Shown here piece after piece: positions 28,606 to 37,195 of a stretch of 64,000 nt of DNA; within the stretch, counting starts at the first letter, position 1; every line of letters starts with the position of its first letter. A model generated the notes under the pieces. The model was not told the origin of the DNA, did not search any database, and was given only the letters and a program-made list of their open reading frames with translations. Location of the stretch: assembly GCA_003559855.1 (NCBI GenBank), contig PWJZ01000067.1:36-64035 (forward strand), read 5' to 3'. The DNA is from Bacteroidales bacterium. Lineage in GTDB: Bacteria; Bacteroidota; Bacteroidia; Bacteroidales; UBA7960. Made by a program: the position numbers and the translations under genes.

Positions 28606-31074
28606 ATGAGAACAATCCTATTATTTATTTTATCATTTATTATTGCAGCCTTCAGCATAAAAGCCGATGAATCGGTTACACTGGTTTTTTCGGCAAAGCA
28701 TCCCGGTGGCCATGTAAAACTTGACAGCATTTTGGTTGAAAACCTCACACAGGATGGTTCTTTGATGCTCTATGGTGGCGATACCGTCCTTGTACTGACT
28801 ATTACACATATTGATTTTATGGGTAGCGGTTATAACGGCTTTTATGTATCACAGAATTACCCCAATCCTTTTTCATCGGAAACGACAATAGATGTATATG
28901 TTGCGGAAGCGGATGTTTTCACTTTGGATGTTTATGATCTGACGGGACGTAAATTAACGAGTTATGGGTCTGTTCTGCAGCCGGGCATGCATCATTTCAC
29001 TTTTCATGCATGCAACCTGCAAAATTATATTTTAACTGTCGGTTCGAAAAAATATAAGCAGCAGCGTTTGATGATACAGATGGGCCAGGCAGGCACATCT
29101 TCGCCGGGGATAACTTACAATGGCATTTCAACGCAAATGAAAGCGGTACAGTATTACAAATCTGATACAGGCTTTCCTTTTGATCCCGGTGATGAGCTTA
29201 GGTTTATCGGTTATGTTACCGGCGAATATGGCAATGTAAGTTATGATATTATTACTGATGCTCCAACAACTGATATGGAATATGTTTTTGATATCACCTT
29301 TCCAACATACAACCTGGCGTTGAATGCAGATCCGGAGGAAGGCGGCATTGTTGACGGCGATGGTGAGTATCAGGAAGGTGAAGGAGCAACTATTATCGCA
29401 ACTGCAAACGAAGGATATGAATTTATTAACTGGACGGGAGATACAGAGCATGTTGATGATCCCGGATCAGATACGGCAACTGTAATTATGCCGGCTGAAG
29501 ATGCAGAACTCACTGCTAATTTTAAAATGCAGGATTATCACCTTACCCTTGGAGCAAACCCCGAAGAAGGAGGTAACCTTGCAGGTGAAGGCGAATACAA
29601 TATGGGAGAAGAAGTGGAAATCGTTGCCGAAGCAAATGAAGGTTGGGAATTTGTTGAATGGACAGGCGATACGGAACATGTTGATGATCCCGGATCAGCC
29701 ACAGCAATTGTAACTATGCCGGCTGAAAATGTTAACCTTACTGCCAATTTCAATATGCTGTATTACCAGCTTTCACTTGAAGCTGATCCCGAAGAAGGAG
29801 GCAACGTTGCAGGTGAAGGCGAATACAATATGGGAGAAGAAGTGGAAATCGTTGCCGAAGCTAACGAAGGATGGGTGTTTGTCGAATGGACAGGTGATAT
29901 AGAGCATGTAAATGATCTGGGATCTGCAACAACAATTGTGACCATGCCGGCTAAAGATGTGGAGCTCACAGCAAACTTTGCACCATTGCATACTCTCACC
30001 CTTAATACAAATCCCGAAGGAGCCGGAATTGTATACGGTGCAGGTGAATATATGGAAGGCGAAGAAGTAGAAATTACTGCCGAAGCCGTTGAAGGCTGTG
30101 ATTTTATTGAATGGACAGGCTACACAGAGTATGTTGATGATCCCGGATCTGCTACGGCAATAGTAACTATGCCGGCTGATGATATAGAACTAACCGCTAA
30201 TTTTGAGGTACAGGAAAATTATTATATCCTCACGCTTGTTGCTTGCCCGGGAGCAGGTGGTACTGTTGAAGGTGCGGGTGTGTATCAAGCAGGTGCATTA
30301 GTGAATGTTACTGCAACTTCAAATCCGGGAAGTATGTTCATAAACTGGACTGATGAATACGCTGTACAAGTCAGCGCAAATACAGAATATACTTTCAATA
30401 TGCCGGCAGAAGATATGACTCTTAAAGCCTATTTTAAGTACCCCGGCGATGGCGTCACCGACATTGACGGCAACACTTATCCTACTTATATCATTGGTTG
30501 CAATTACGAGTGGATGGCGACAAACCTCAAAACCACCACTTACAATGACGGTAATGAAATACCCAATGTAACCGATAATGAAGAATGGACTAATCTGAGT
30601 ACAGGAGCTTACTGTTGGTACAATAATGATTATGGACAATATGGTATTATATATGGAGCATTATATAATGCGTATGCTGTTGAAACAGGTAAGCTTTGCC
30701 CTGATGGCTGGCGTGTACCAACGGATGAAGAATGGAAATACCTTGAAGGCACTGTTGATACACAATATGGTATTGGTGACCCTGTATGGGACGGCACAGG
30801 ATATGGGAGAGGATATGATTGTGGCATTAGGTTGAAAGCATCGGGAATGTACGGCTCAAATGAGTATGGTTTTACAGGTACGGCAGGCGGTGTAAGATTC
30901 TTCTTTAATGGAAACTTCGGCAATGTGGGTGTTGCTGGCTTCTGGTGGGGCTCCACAATTGGGCCTGCAAATGGCTGGCGCCGCTCCCTGAGCATTGCGC
31001 AGGAAACCGTTGCACGTGGTTACTACGATAAAAGATCAGGATACTCTGTGCGCTGTGTCAGGGATGTTGATTAA
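28606..31074 (+). CDS. Secreted multi-domain protein: N-terminal module with a T9SS-sorting-domain-like segment, five Listeria-Bacteroides (InlB B-repeat-like) repeats and a C-terminal FISUMP domain
   Basis: Signal peptide. Residues about 79-158 read YVSQNYPNPFSSETTIDVYV...KQQRLMIQ (Por_Secre_tail-like). Five roughly 76-aa repeats (..PEEGG.V.G.GEY..GE...I.A.ANEG(Y/W)EF..WTGD...V.DPGS.TA.V.MPA.D..LTANF). C-terminus TDIDGNTY...WMATNL...YGALYNAYAV...CPDGWRVPTDEEW...SVRCVRD is the Fibrobacter succinogenes major paralogous domain. Confidence 0.8.
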   Translation: MRTILLFILSFIIAAFSIKADESVTLVFSAKHPGGHVKLDSILVENLTQDGSLMLYGGDTVLVLTITHIDFMGSGYNGFYVSQNYPNPFSSETTIDVYVAEADVFTLDVYDLTGRKLTSYGSVLQPGMHHFTFHACNLQNYILTVGSKKYKQQRLMIQMGQAGTSSPGITYNGISTQMKAVQYYKSDTGFPFDPGDELRFIGYVTGEYGNVSYDIITDAPTTDMEYVFDITFPTYNLALNADPEEGGIVDGDGEYQEGEGATIIATANEGYEFINWTGDTEHVDDPGSDTATVIMPAEDAELTANFKMQDYHLTLGANPEEGGNLAGEGEYNMGEEVEIVAEANEGWEFVEWTGDTEHVDDPGSATAIVTMPAENVNLTANFNMLYYQLSLEADPEEGGNVAGEGEYNMGEEVEIVAEANEGWVFVEWTGDIEHVNDLGSATTIVTMPAKDVELTANFAPLHTLTLNTNPEGAGIVYGAGEYMEGEEVEITAEAVEGCDFIEWTGYTEYVDDPGSATAIVTMPADDIELTANFEVQENYYILTLVACPGAGGTVEGAGVYQAGALVNVTATSNPGSMFINWTDEYAVQVSANTEYTFNMPAEDMTLKAYFKYPGDGVTDIDGNTYPTYIIGCNYEWMATNLKTTTYNDGNEIPNVTDNEEWTNLSTGAYCWYNNDYGQYGIIYGALYNAYAVETGKLCPDGWRVPTDEEWKYLEGTVDTQYGIGDPVWDGTGYGRGYDCGIRLKASGMYGSNEYGFTGTAGGVRFFFNGNFGNVGVAGFWWGSTIGPANGWRRSLSIAQETVARGYYDKRSGYSVRCVRDVD
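29306..30440 (+). repeat. Five in-frame tandem coding repeats (period about 228 nt)
   Basis: Repeat units begin near 29306, 29524, 29752, 29980 and 30220. Units 2 and 3 share a perfect 53-nt stretch (29581-29633 = 29809-29861). Confidence 0.85.
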
Positions 31075-31152
31075 CCCCATGAAATAACAGCAAAGCTGTA
31101 ACTGCGAAAGCAGGATTTCACGGGGTTAATCAATATCCCTCACGCAACGGAC
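31048..31152. repeat. 38-nt imperfect inverted repeat spanning the 3' ends of two convergent FISUMP genes, with two mini-hairpins in the 29-nt spacer; probable bidirectional terminator
   Basis: Arm 31048-31085 against the reverse complement of 31115-31152 gives 32/38 matches. The match includes both stop codons and 11 nt of 3' flank (ccccatgaaat / ccccgtgaaat). The spacer contains acagcAAAgctgt and ctgcGAAAgcag. Confidence 0.8.
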
Positions 31153-31836
31153 AGAAAACCTGACCTCCTTGTTGAAGTAGTAGTATCTGCCTACATTGCT
31201 GCGATAGTAGTACATGTACCGGCGCCAGGCATTATCGGTATCGTACTAGGTAGCACTCCACCAGGGACCGTAGAGACCAACGATGGCGAACGTCCCATTT
31301 TAGTAGCGGCCGCCACCCGGAAGGGCTGTAAAACCTGTTTCGTTGGTTGCTCCGGTGTTGGGATCATGCCATAAACCTGTTTCTGCTTCGATAGTTCCGG
31401 TTGCTTTTAATTTTCCTCCTGCTACACTTGCTCCGCCCAAATAATCAGTTAGCGTTGTCCACTCGGCATCAGTGGGTACGTGCCAGCCTGCGGCGCAAAG
31501 GTTGCCCGTTTCAACGGCGTACCAGTTGTACAGTGCGCCCTACGCATACTTGTAGGTTGCCTCATCGTTATCGTACCAAGCGTATGCCCCTGTTGTTAAG
31601 TTTCCCCATTCTGAGTTGCTTGTAATATTGGGTATTGGTGTGCCGTTATTGTACTTGGTAGTACGCAAATTTTCGGTAAACCACTCCTGGTTGCCAATAA
31701 TAACAGTTGTATAAACATTGCCACCAGCATCGACAACACCGGTTAATTCGTTGTCATCATCCTTTTTGCAACTACCTGCAAATACTAAGAATAATCCCAT
31801 TTATAGTAATGGGTAAATCAAGTTTTTTGTTTTCAT
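31126..31836 (-). pseudogene. FISUMP-domain lipoprotein gene interrupted by four in-frame stop codons (no frameshift)
   Basis: One continuous frame of 237 codons: MKTKNLIYPLL*MGLFLVFAGSCKK...NQEWFTENL...YKYA*GALYNWYAVETGNLCAAGWHVPTDAEW...GGGRY*NGTF...WWSAT*YDTDNAW...FSVRCVRDID*. Internal stops are at 31801-31803 (TAA), 31540-31542 (TAG), 31300-31302 (TAA) and 31246-31248 (TAG). Confidence 0.75.
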
Positions 31837-31936
31837 TTTTACCGTTGTAGGTTGTATAACACTGATTTTTAAAACATATCTTTAAAAAAATAATACCTTA
31901 AAAATAACCTGTATTTGTATACAAATTGTATGCAAA

Positions 31937-31974
31937 TAAAAAAGCCACTCACAAAATAATTTGTGCAAGTGGCT
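31937..31974 (-). terminator. Intrinsic terminator downstream of the tRNA-Ser/tRNA-Pro unit
   Basis: The minus strand reads agccacttgcacaaattattttgtgagtggct followed by TTTTTT. The stem is about 13 bp with one 2-nt bulge. It starts 11 nt after the tRNA-Pro 3' end. Confidence 0.65.
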
Positions 31975-31984
31975 GATTATCAAG

Positions 31985-32059
31985 TCGGGGTGGCAGGATT
32001 TGAACCTGCGGCCTCCTGCTCCCAAAGCAGGCGCGCTGACCGGACTACGCTACACCCCG
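31985..32059 (-). tRNA. tRNA-Pro (anticodon TGG)
   Basis: The minus strand CGGGGTGTAGCGTAGTCCGGTCAGCGCGCCTGCTTTGGGAGCAGGAGGCCGCAGGTTCAAATCCTGCCACCCCGA folds as a cloverleaf. Anticodon stem CCTGC/GCAGG, loop TTTGGGA, T-loop TTCAAAT. No encoded CCA. Confidence 0.9.
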
Positions 32060-32238
32060 GATTATTTTTTCAAAAGCTGCATTATGACGGAGTTTGACCC
32101 GCGTATTTATATTTTTTGTTTACCTGGTATCATCCTGCTATCGTAGCGGGGCTTCATGCTTTCCGTTAATTCTCTTATATATAAAGATATTATAGGGTTA
32201 TATCAGCAGGTTTTTACCCCGGGTTTAGCTGATACCTT

Positions 32239-32327
<89 letters not shown>

Positions 32328-32357
32328 TTGCTGATGCAGCTTTGTTTTTTAAGAGTG

Positions 32358-32365
32358 CAAAGATA
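32358..32365 (-). promoter_or_regulatory. Candidate -7 box TATCTTTG for the tRNA unit
   Basis: The plus strand reads caaagata, which is TATCTTTG on the minus strand. It lies about 31 nt upstream of the tRNA-Ser 5' end. Confidence 0.4.
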
Positions 32366-32743
32366 GTCAATTCATTTGACACGGCAAATTATTTCGTAAA
32401 ATATTTTCACTAAGCCATAAAGCCTTTCAGCCCGTCAATAGCTTTCAAAAAAGCTGCTGGCAGTAGCGTATATTTACTATGGGTCAAACCGGGCTGGCGG
32501 TGAAAAATAAACAGTGGAATGGGTAAGGTTAACGGTGAAAAGTTAAAAGTCAGCAGTTAGTAGCAGTAAAGGTACTGATTTCCGGATGGCTTAGTTGTCG
32601 AATCGTTTGTGTTTATGCTGACTTTGAGACTGCCGCCTGCCCGTTCCTTTATTCGTCAAATGTTACATGTTCACTTTTAGTTTTTGACTTTCAACTTATA
32701 AGATGTATCGGCCAATTATCTCATTACCACATTGCTGTCGGGG

Positions 32744-34066
32744 TTACGAAACCGGATGATGTTCATTAAATTTTTCGACTCTGTATTTAAGGTCCGGAAA
32801 CTGGTCGCGGCTTACCAGCGAAACGCATGCACGAAGCCCTTCCGTTCTTTCACTGCCGGTTATTGTTAAAGATATGGCGCTTATGCCGTAATAGATGAAT
32901 CTTTCTATCAGCTCTTCGCCCGTAAAGCCGGGATACGATATTGTAAAATAAAAACCATCGGCCAGGGGCTGGTCTTCATCCATATTGTAAACTATTTTGA
33001 ACCCGTTATCGGTAAATATCTTTTTCATTATTTTGGCTTTTTCACCATATTCTTTTACTACCTCTATAAAATTATATTTGCCGTCATTAGTTTCTTTGAG
33101 AATGGCAGCCAGGGCGTGTTGCGATGAATGTGTTGTGCCGGCGCTCAGTGCATAAATAGTTCCAAAAACCATTGCCCGTCCGAAAGTATCAAAACCGTAG
33201 TAATGTTTCAGGTTGGGAGCATGGGCGTCAAACAGTTTGTCGGAAATAGCCATCATGCCAATGCGTTGCCCGGCATAGCTGAACGCTTTTGAGCTGCTGA
33301 TGAGCAAAATGTAATGGTCAGTATATTTGGCTACGGTAGCCTGGAAGGGGGGCTTGCCCGGTTCGGAAATGTCTTTGCGAAAGTCCATGGCAAAATATGC
33401 AAGATCCTCCAGTACGACCACATTATATTTGTCTGCCAGTTCGCCGATTATCTTGAGTTCGGTTTCGGTAAAGCAAATCCATGCCGGGTTATTGGGATTT
33501 GAATACAGCATTGCAGAGATGTTGCCATTTGCAAGCATTGACTCCAGTTTGTCACGGAGTTTTTCTCCCCGGTAATTATAAACGTCAAAAGATTCAAAGG
33601 GTATTCCCAGTACGCGGCATTGTTGTTTATGAACCGGAAACCCCGGATCAATAAACAAAACAGTGTCTTTTTCTTTATACATACGGCTGCAGGTCATAAA
33701 TGCCGCAAAGCTGCCCTGCATGGAGCCAACCGTTGGAATACAACTCCGCGGGTCAATGTCGGTGTCGGCAAATTGCTTCACAAAACGCGATATCTCTTTT
33801 TTGAGTGGTTTAATACCGTCAATGTCTGGATACATGGAGGCAACACCTTTTTTTAACGCTTCAATCTCTGCTTTTACACCAATATCACTCGGTGGTAAAC
33901 CGGGGATACCCATTTCCATACGGATATATTTCTGACCGGTTTCCTGTTCAACATAGTCAACCAAACGCTTGATCTCTCGTATGGATGCTTTGCCTACATT
34001 GTCAAGTTTCATCAATCGGATATGTTTCTTAATCACATCGTAAGGAATAGGTGTATCTTTTATCAT
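32744..34066 (-). CDS. Class I/II PLP-dependent aminotransferase (aspartate/alanine aminotransferase-like)
   Basis: 440 aa. NPNNPAW (the N-P-x-N-P motif), DLAYF, and PLP-lysine context SSSKAFSYAGQRIG. Confidence 0.85.
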   Translation of the reverse strand: MIKDTPIPYDVIKKHIRLMKLDNVGKASIREIKRLVDYVEQETGQKYIRMEMGIPGLPPSDIGVKAEIEALKKGVASMYPDIDGIKPLKKEISRFVKQFADTDIDPRSCIPTVGSMQGSFAAFMTCSRMYKEKDTVLFIDPGFPVHKQQCRVLGIPFESFDVYNYRGEKLRDKLESMLANGNISAMLYSNPNNPAWICFTETELKIIGELADKYNVVVLEDLAYFAMDFRKDISEPGKPPFQATVAKYTDHYILLISSSKAFSYAGQRIGMMAISDKLFDAHAPNLKHYYGFDTFGRAMVFGTIYALSAGTTHSSQHALAAILKETNDGKYNFIEVVKEYGEKAKIMKKIFTDNGFKIVYNMDEDQPLADGFYFTISYPGFTGEELIERFIYYGISAISLTITGSERTEGLRACVSLVSRDQFPDLKYRVEKFNEHHPVS

Positions 34067-34620
34067 ATGTTATTTATTTTTAAAGTGTTTATATGTTTAC
34101 TTAATTTTTGGCTTTTTATAAGGTTTTTGGTGACATGTAACGGGTAATGTGCACTCATCATCCATTATTGCAAATGCTCAACAACATACCCTGTCAAACC
34201 ATTATAATTTGTAAACCTTCAACTTTTCTTCAGCGGCACAATTTAACAAATTCATTTGATTTTTTTTAAAAAATCGGGGTTATATTCAAAAATTTATAAA
34301 ATTTATGAATCACGGGATCTGTTTTTTTTTAATTTTCCATTTTTTAAGCAAAGAAAAGAAAAAAATTGGTTTCAATGTCATTCTGACGGGTAACGGGTAA
34401 CGGGTTAATAAAATAAAGTCAACCATTGTAATTTGTTACTTGTTCATACCGTTACTATAATTACTCTCTTTGGTTTTAGTGCATACGGGGTATCGTTTAC
34501 TTGCATTGCCCGTGAGGCCGGTTCGATAAGTTCATTATTTTTTGTGAATGTTGGTGGTTGAGGGTTTAATAAGCAGAATTTTTAATGGTTAAGTATTTAA
34601 TAATAACAAATTTTCTATCA

Positions 34621-37071
34621 ATGATGTTAAAATTTTCTTTTATAAGGTTTTCGTTAACAGTTTTATTACTGTTTTTTTTCAGTGTTGCTAATACACATCT
34701 TTCGGGTCAGGAGAGTTTGACTTACCGTGAGCCTCCTGCGGAGATTACGGATTTGGTTGATGCTCCGGCAACTCCGGCCATAATGACATGTCCGGCTGCC
34801 GAAAAGATCCTTTATATTGAGAATCCCGGTCTTCCTGCCATTGAGGATTTGGCGGTTAAGGAGCTTCGTCTTGGCGGGATACGTATTGATCCGGTCACTA
34901 ACGGGCCGAGCCGTGCGAGATATGGTATCGGGCTTGGCATTTCGGATATTGACGGTGAAAGTTACAGGGAGGTTGCCGGTTTGCCTGATGATCCGCGCAT
35001 AAGAAATGTCAGATGGTCGCCTGACGGCAGGTGGGTTGCTTTTACTCAAACTGTTGACGACGGCATTGAGCTTTGGTTGGTCGATGTTATGGAATATCGT
35101 GCCGAACGGCTTACATCCGCAATAATAAATGAGGCGTTGGGAAGTGCTTATACGTGGCTATCCGACAGTAAGACTATTATTATTTCTGCAACGGACATGG
35201 AAAGGGGTGAACCACCTGCCAGACCTGTGGTTGCAGAAGGCCCTGTTGTTCAGGAAAGCATTGGAAGAAAAGCGGCAGTCAGGACATACCAGGATTTGCT
35301 CACAGATATGTACGATGAAAAAATATTTGATTATTATGCAACTTCGCAGCTATACAGGGTTGATTTGAACGGAAATATCACCGAAACAGGTGAACCCGGT
35401 ATTATATGGTATTTTTTGGATTCGCCTGATGGTAATTATCTGCTGGTAAACCGTATTGAAAGGCCATATTCATATATAGTTCCTTTTTCACGCTTTCTCC
35501 AGTCAGTGGAAATTATAGACCTTAATAACGGAGAGTCGGTAAAAATTGCCGATATACCTTTAGCCGATGACATTCCGCAGGGGTTTGATGCAACACGCGA
35601 GGGGCCGAGAAATTTTACATGGCGATCGGACGTTCCTTCAACTTTGTTTTGGGTTGAAGCAATTGATGGAGGTGATCCGGCTGCCGAAGTAAAATTCCGT
35701 GACCGTATTTATTACATTGAACCACCCTTTACCGGCGAACCAATAGAAGGGTTCAAACTCGAATTACGTTACAGGGGTATTATATGGGGCAGTGAGGATT
35801 ATGCAATTGTAAATCAATTTTGGTGGAGAGATCGGCGTATGGTCACAGGGTTTTTTAATCCGTCGGATCTTAAAACACCGCCTGAGCCAATTTTTGACAG
35901 GTCTGTTGAAGACAGGTATAATGATCCGGGCAGTTTTCAGACCAAAACCAATCGTTATGGCAAAACGGTTCTACATTTTGATACCAGTAACCGGTTTTTG
36001 TACCTGGCAGGTCAGGGAGCAACACCTGAGGGCAACAAGCCTTTTGTTGACACATATGATGTTACAACAGGTTATATTGAAAGGCTGTGGCGATCCGAAC
36101 CGCCTTATTACGAATATCCTGTCAGAATTGTTGATGCTGACCGTAAAATTATAATGACAAGGCGTGAATCCAACGATAAACATCCTGTCTTTTATCTTAG
36201 ATACCTGAAGGATGATAAGCTTGTAAAGGTTACCGACCTGCCCGACCCTTTTCCACAGTTAAAGAACATTTATAATGAGATGATCCATTATGAAAGGGAA
36301 GATGGTGTTTCTCTGAATGGCAGGCTTTACTTGCCTGAAGGTTATAACATTGGTGAGGATGACCCTTTGCCAACCGTGTTGTGGGCTTATCCGAGGGAGT
36401 TTATCACGGCCGATGGTGCGGGGCAGGTAACCGATTCGCCTTACAGGTATATCCGTCTTGGTGCTACGTCGCCCGTGATGCTGGTTACCCAGGGCTATGC
36501 TGTTCTCAGCAATGCGAGCTTTCCGGTTGTGGGAGAGGAAGATAAGGAACCTAATGATACATTCATAGAACAGCTTATTGCCAATGCAGAGGCTGCTGTC
36601 AGTAAATTGGCCGGTATGGGTGTTACTGATCCTGAGAGGGTTGCGATATCAGGGCATTCATATGGGGCTTTCATGGCGGCCAATCTGTTATCTCATACCG
36701 ACATGTTTGCCGCCGGAATTGCACGAAGCGGTGCATACAACCGTTTGCTTACTCCGTTCGGCTTTCAGAGGGAAGAACGTACTTTTTGGCAGGATTCTGA
36801 TTTGTACATCAGAATGTCACCGTTTTCATATGCACACCAAATGAATACACCTATACTGCTTATACATGGAGCTGATGACAACAATGCGGGCACATATCCG
36901 ATGCAAAGCGAACGTTATTATGATGCGTTACGGGGAAATGGCGCTACTGTCCGGCTTGTAATGTTGCCTCACGAGAGCCACGGATACCGCGCACGCGAAT
37001 CCATATTGCATATGCACTGGGAATGGGTTGAATGGCTTGACAGGTATGTAAAGGATCGTGACGGAGAATAA
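34621..37071 (+). CDS. S9 family (prolyl oligopeptidase-type) serine peptidase with N-terminal beta-propeller
   Basis: WSPDG propeller signatures, nucleophile elbow ISGHSYGAFMAA (GxSxG), later HGADDNN and a C-terminal His (HESHGY). Signal peptide after the ATG at 34621. Confidence 0.85.
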   Translation: MMLKFSFIRFSLTVLLLFFFSVANTHLSGQESLTYREPPAEITDLVDAPATPAIMTCPAAEKILYIENPGLPAIEDLAVKELRLGGIRIDPVTNGPSRARYGIGLGISDIDGESYREVAGLPDDPRIRNVRWSPDGRWVAFTQTVDDGIELWLVDVMEYRAERLTSAIINEALGSAYTWLSDSKTIIISATDMERGEPPARPVVAEGPVVQESIGRKAAVRTYQDLLTDMYDEKIFDYYATSQLYRVDLNGNITETGEPGIIWYFLDSPDGNYLLVNRIERPYSYIVPFSRFLQSVEIIDLNNGESVKIADIPLADDIPQGFDATREGPRNFTWRSDVPSTLFWVEAIDGGDPAAEVKFRDRIYYIEPPFTGEPIEGFKLELRYRGIIWGSEDYAIVNQFWWRDRRMVTGFFNPSDLKTPPEPIFDRSVEDRYNDPGSFQTKTNRYGKTVLHFDTSNRFLYLAGQGATPEGNKPFVDTYDVTTGYIERLWRSEPPYYEYPVRIVDADRKIIMTRRESNDKHPVFYLRYLKDDKLVKVTDLPDPFPQLKNIYNEMIHYEREDGVSLNGRLYLPEGYNIGEDDPLPTVLWAYPREFITADGAGQVTDSPYRYIRLGATSPVMLVTQGYAVLSNASFPVVGEEDKEPNDTFIEQLIANAEAAVSKLAGMGVTDPERVAISGHSYGAFMAANLLSHTDMFAAGIARSGAYNRLLTPFGFQREERTFWQDSDLYIRMSPFSYAHQMNTPILLIHGADDNNAGTYPMQSERYYDALRGNGATVRLVMLPHESHGYRARESILHMHWEWVEWLDRYVKDRDGE

Positions 37072-37138
37072 TGATGTGTGTTATGATGATGTGATAATTT
37101 CTTTTGAAACGGCCATTAGCTTTTTCCCAAAAATACAA

Positions 37139-37146
37139 TATATTTG
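37139..37146 (+). promoter_or_regulatory. Candidate -7 box TATATTTG
   Basis: Matches TAnnTTTG, 50 nt upstream of the SSF transporter ATG. Confidence 0.4.
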
Positions 37147-37195
37147 CGTGTTTTATGAATTGCAGCATTCAATAATTTAATAAGTAAGACTTATT

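Noticed and set aside
29306-30440. Regularly spaced repeats as a possible CRISPR array
   Set aside because: The period is about 228 nt and the repeats are in-frame and translate into a recognisable protein repeat. There is no short repeat/spacer organisation and no cas genes.
31401-31625. 74-aa plus-strand ORF
   Set aside because: It is antisense to the conserved FISUMP reading frame, and it is Arg/Leu-rich as expected for a shadow ORF.
28606-31836. Diversity-generating retroelement hypothesis for the FISUMP pair (variable repeat in the 822-aa gene, the stop-containing copy as template repeat)
   Set aside because: No reverse transcriptase gene is in the window. The two C-terminal regions are only loosely similar at the nucleotide level, and the differences are not restricted to adenine positions. 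The stop-containing copy is a full-length gene with its own signal peptide, not a roughly 100-150-nt template.
31126-31836. Stop-codon reassignment (TAA/TAG read as sense) to explain the four in-frame stops
   Set aside because: Well-supported neighbouring genes end on TAA (e.g. at 3847, 16602 and 31074). The two adjacent tRNAs are ordinary Pro-TGG and Ser-GCT, not suppressors. A local pseudogene is the simpler reading.
31961-32146. 61-aa plus-strand ORF in the track
   Set aside because: It lies antisense across tRNA-Pro and its terminator. It is a spurious ORF.
34067-34620. Possible riboswitch or leader RNA in the 550-nt divergent spacer between the aminotransferase and the S9 peptidase
   Set aside because: I could not recognise any known riboswitch core (TPP, SAM, cobalamin, lysine or glycine motifs). 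The region is dominated by A/T runs and the short word repeats reported separately.
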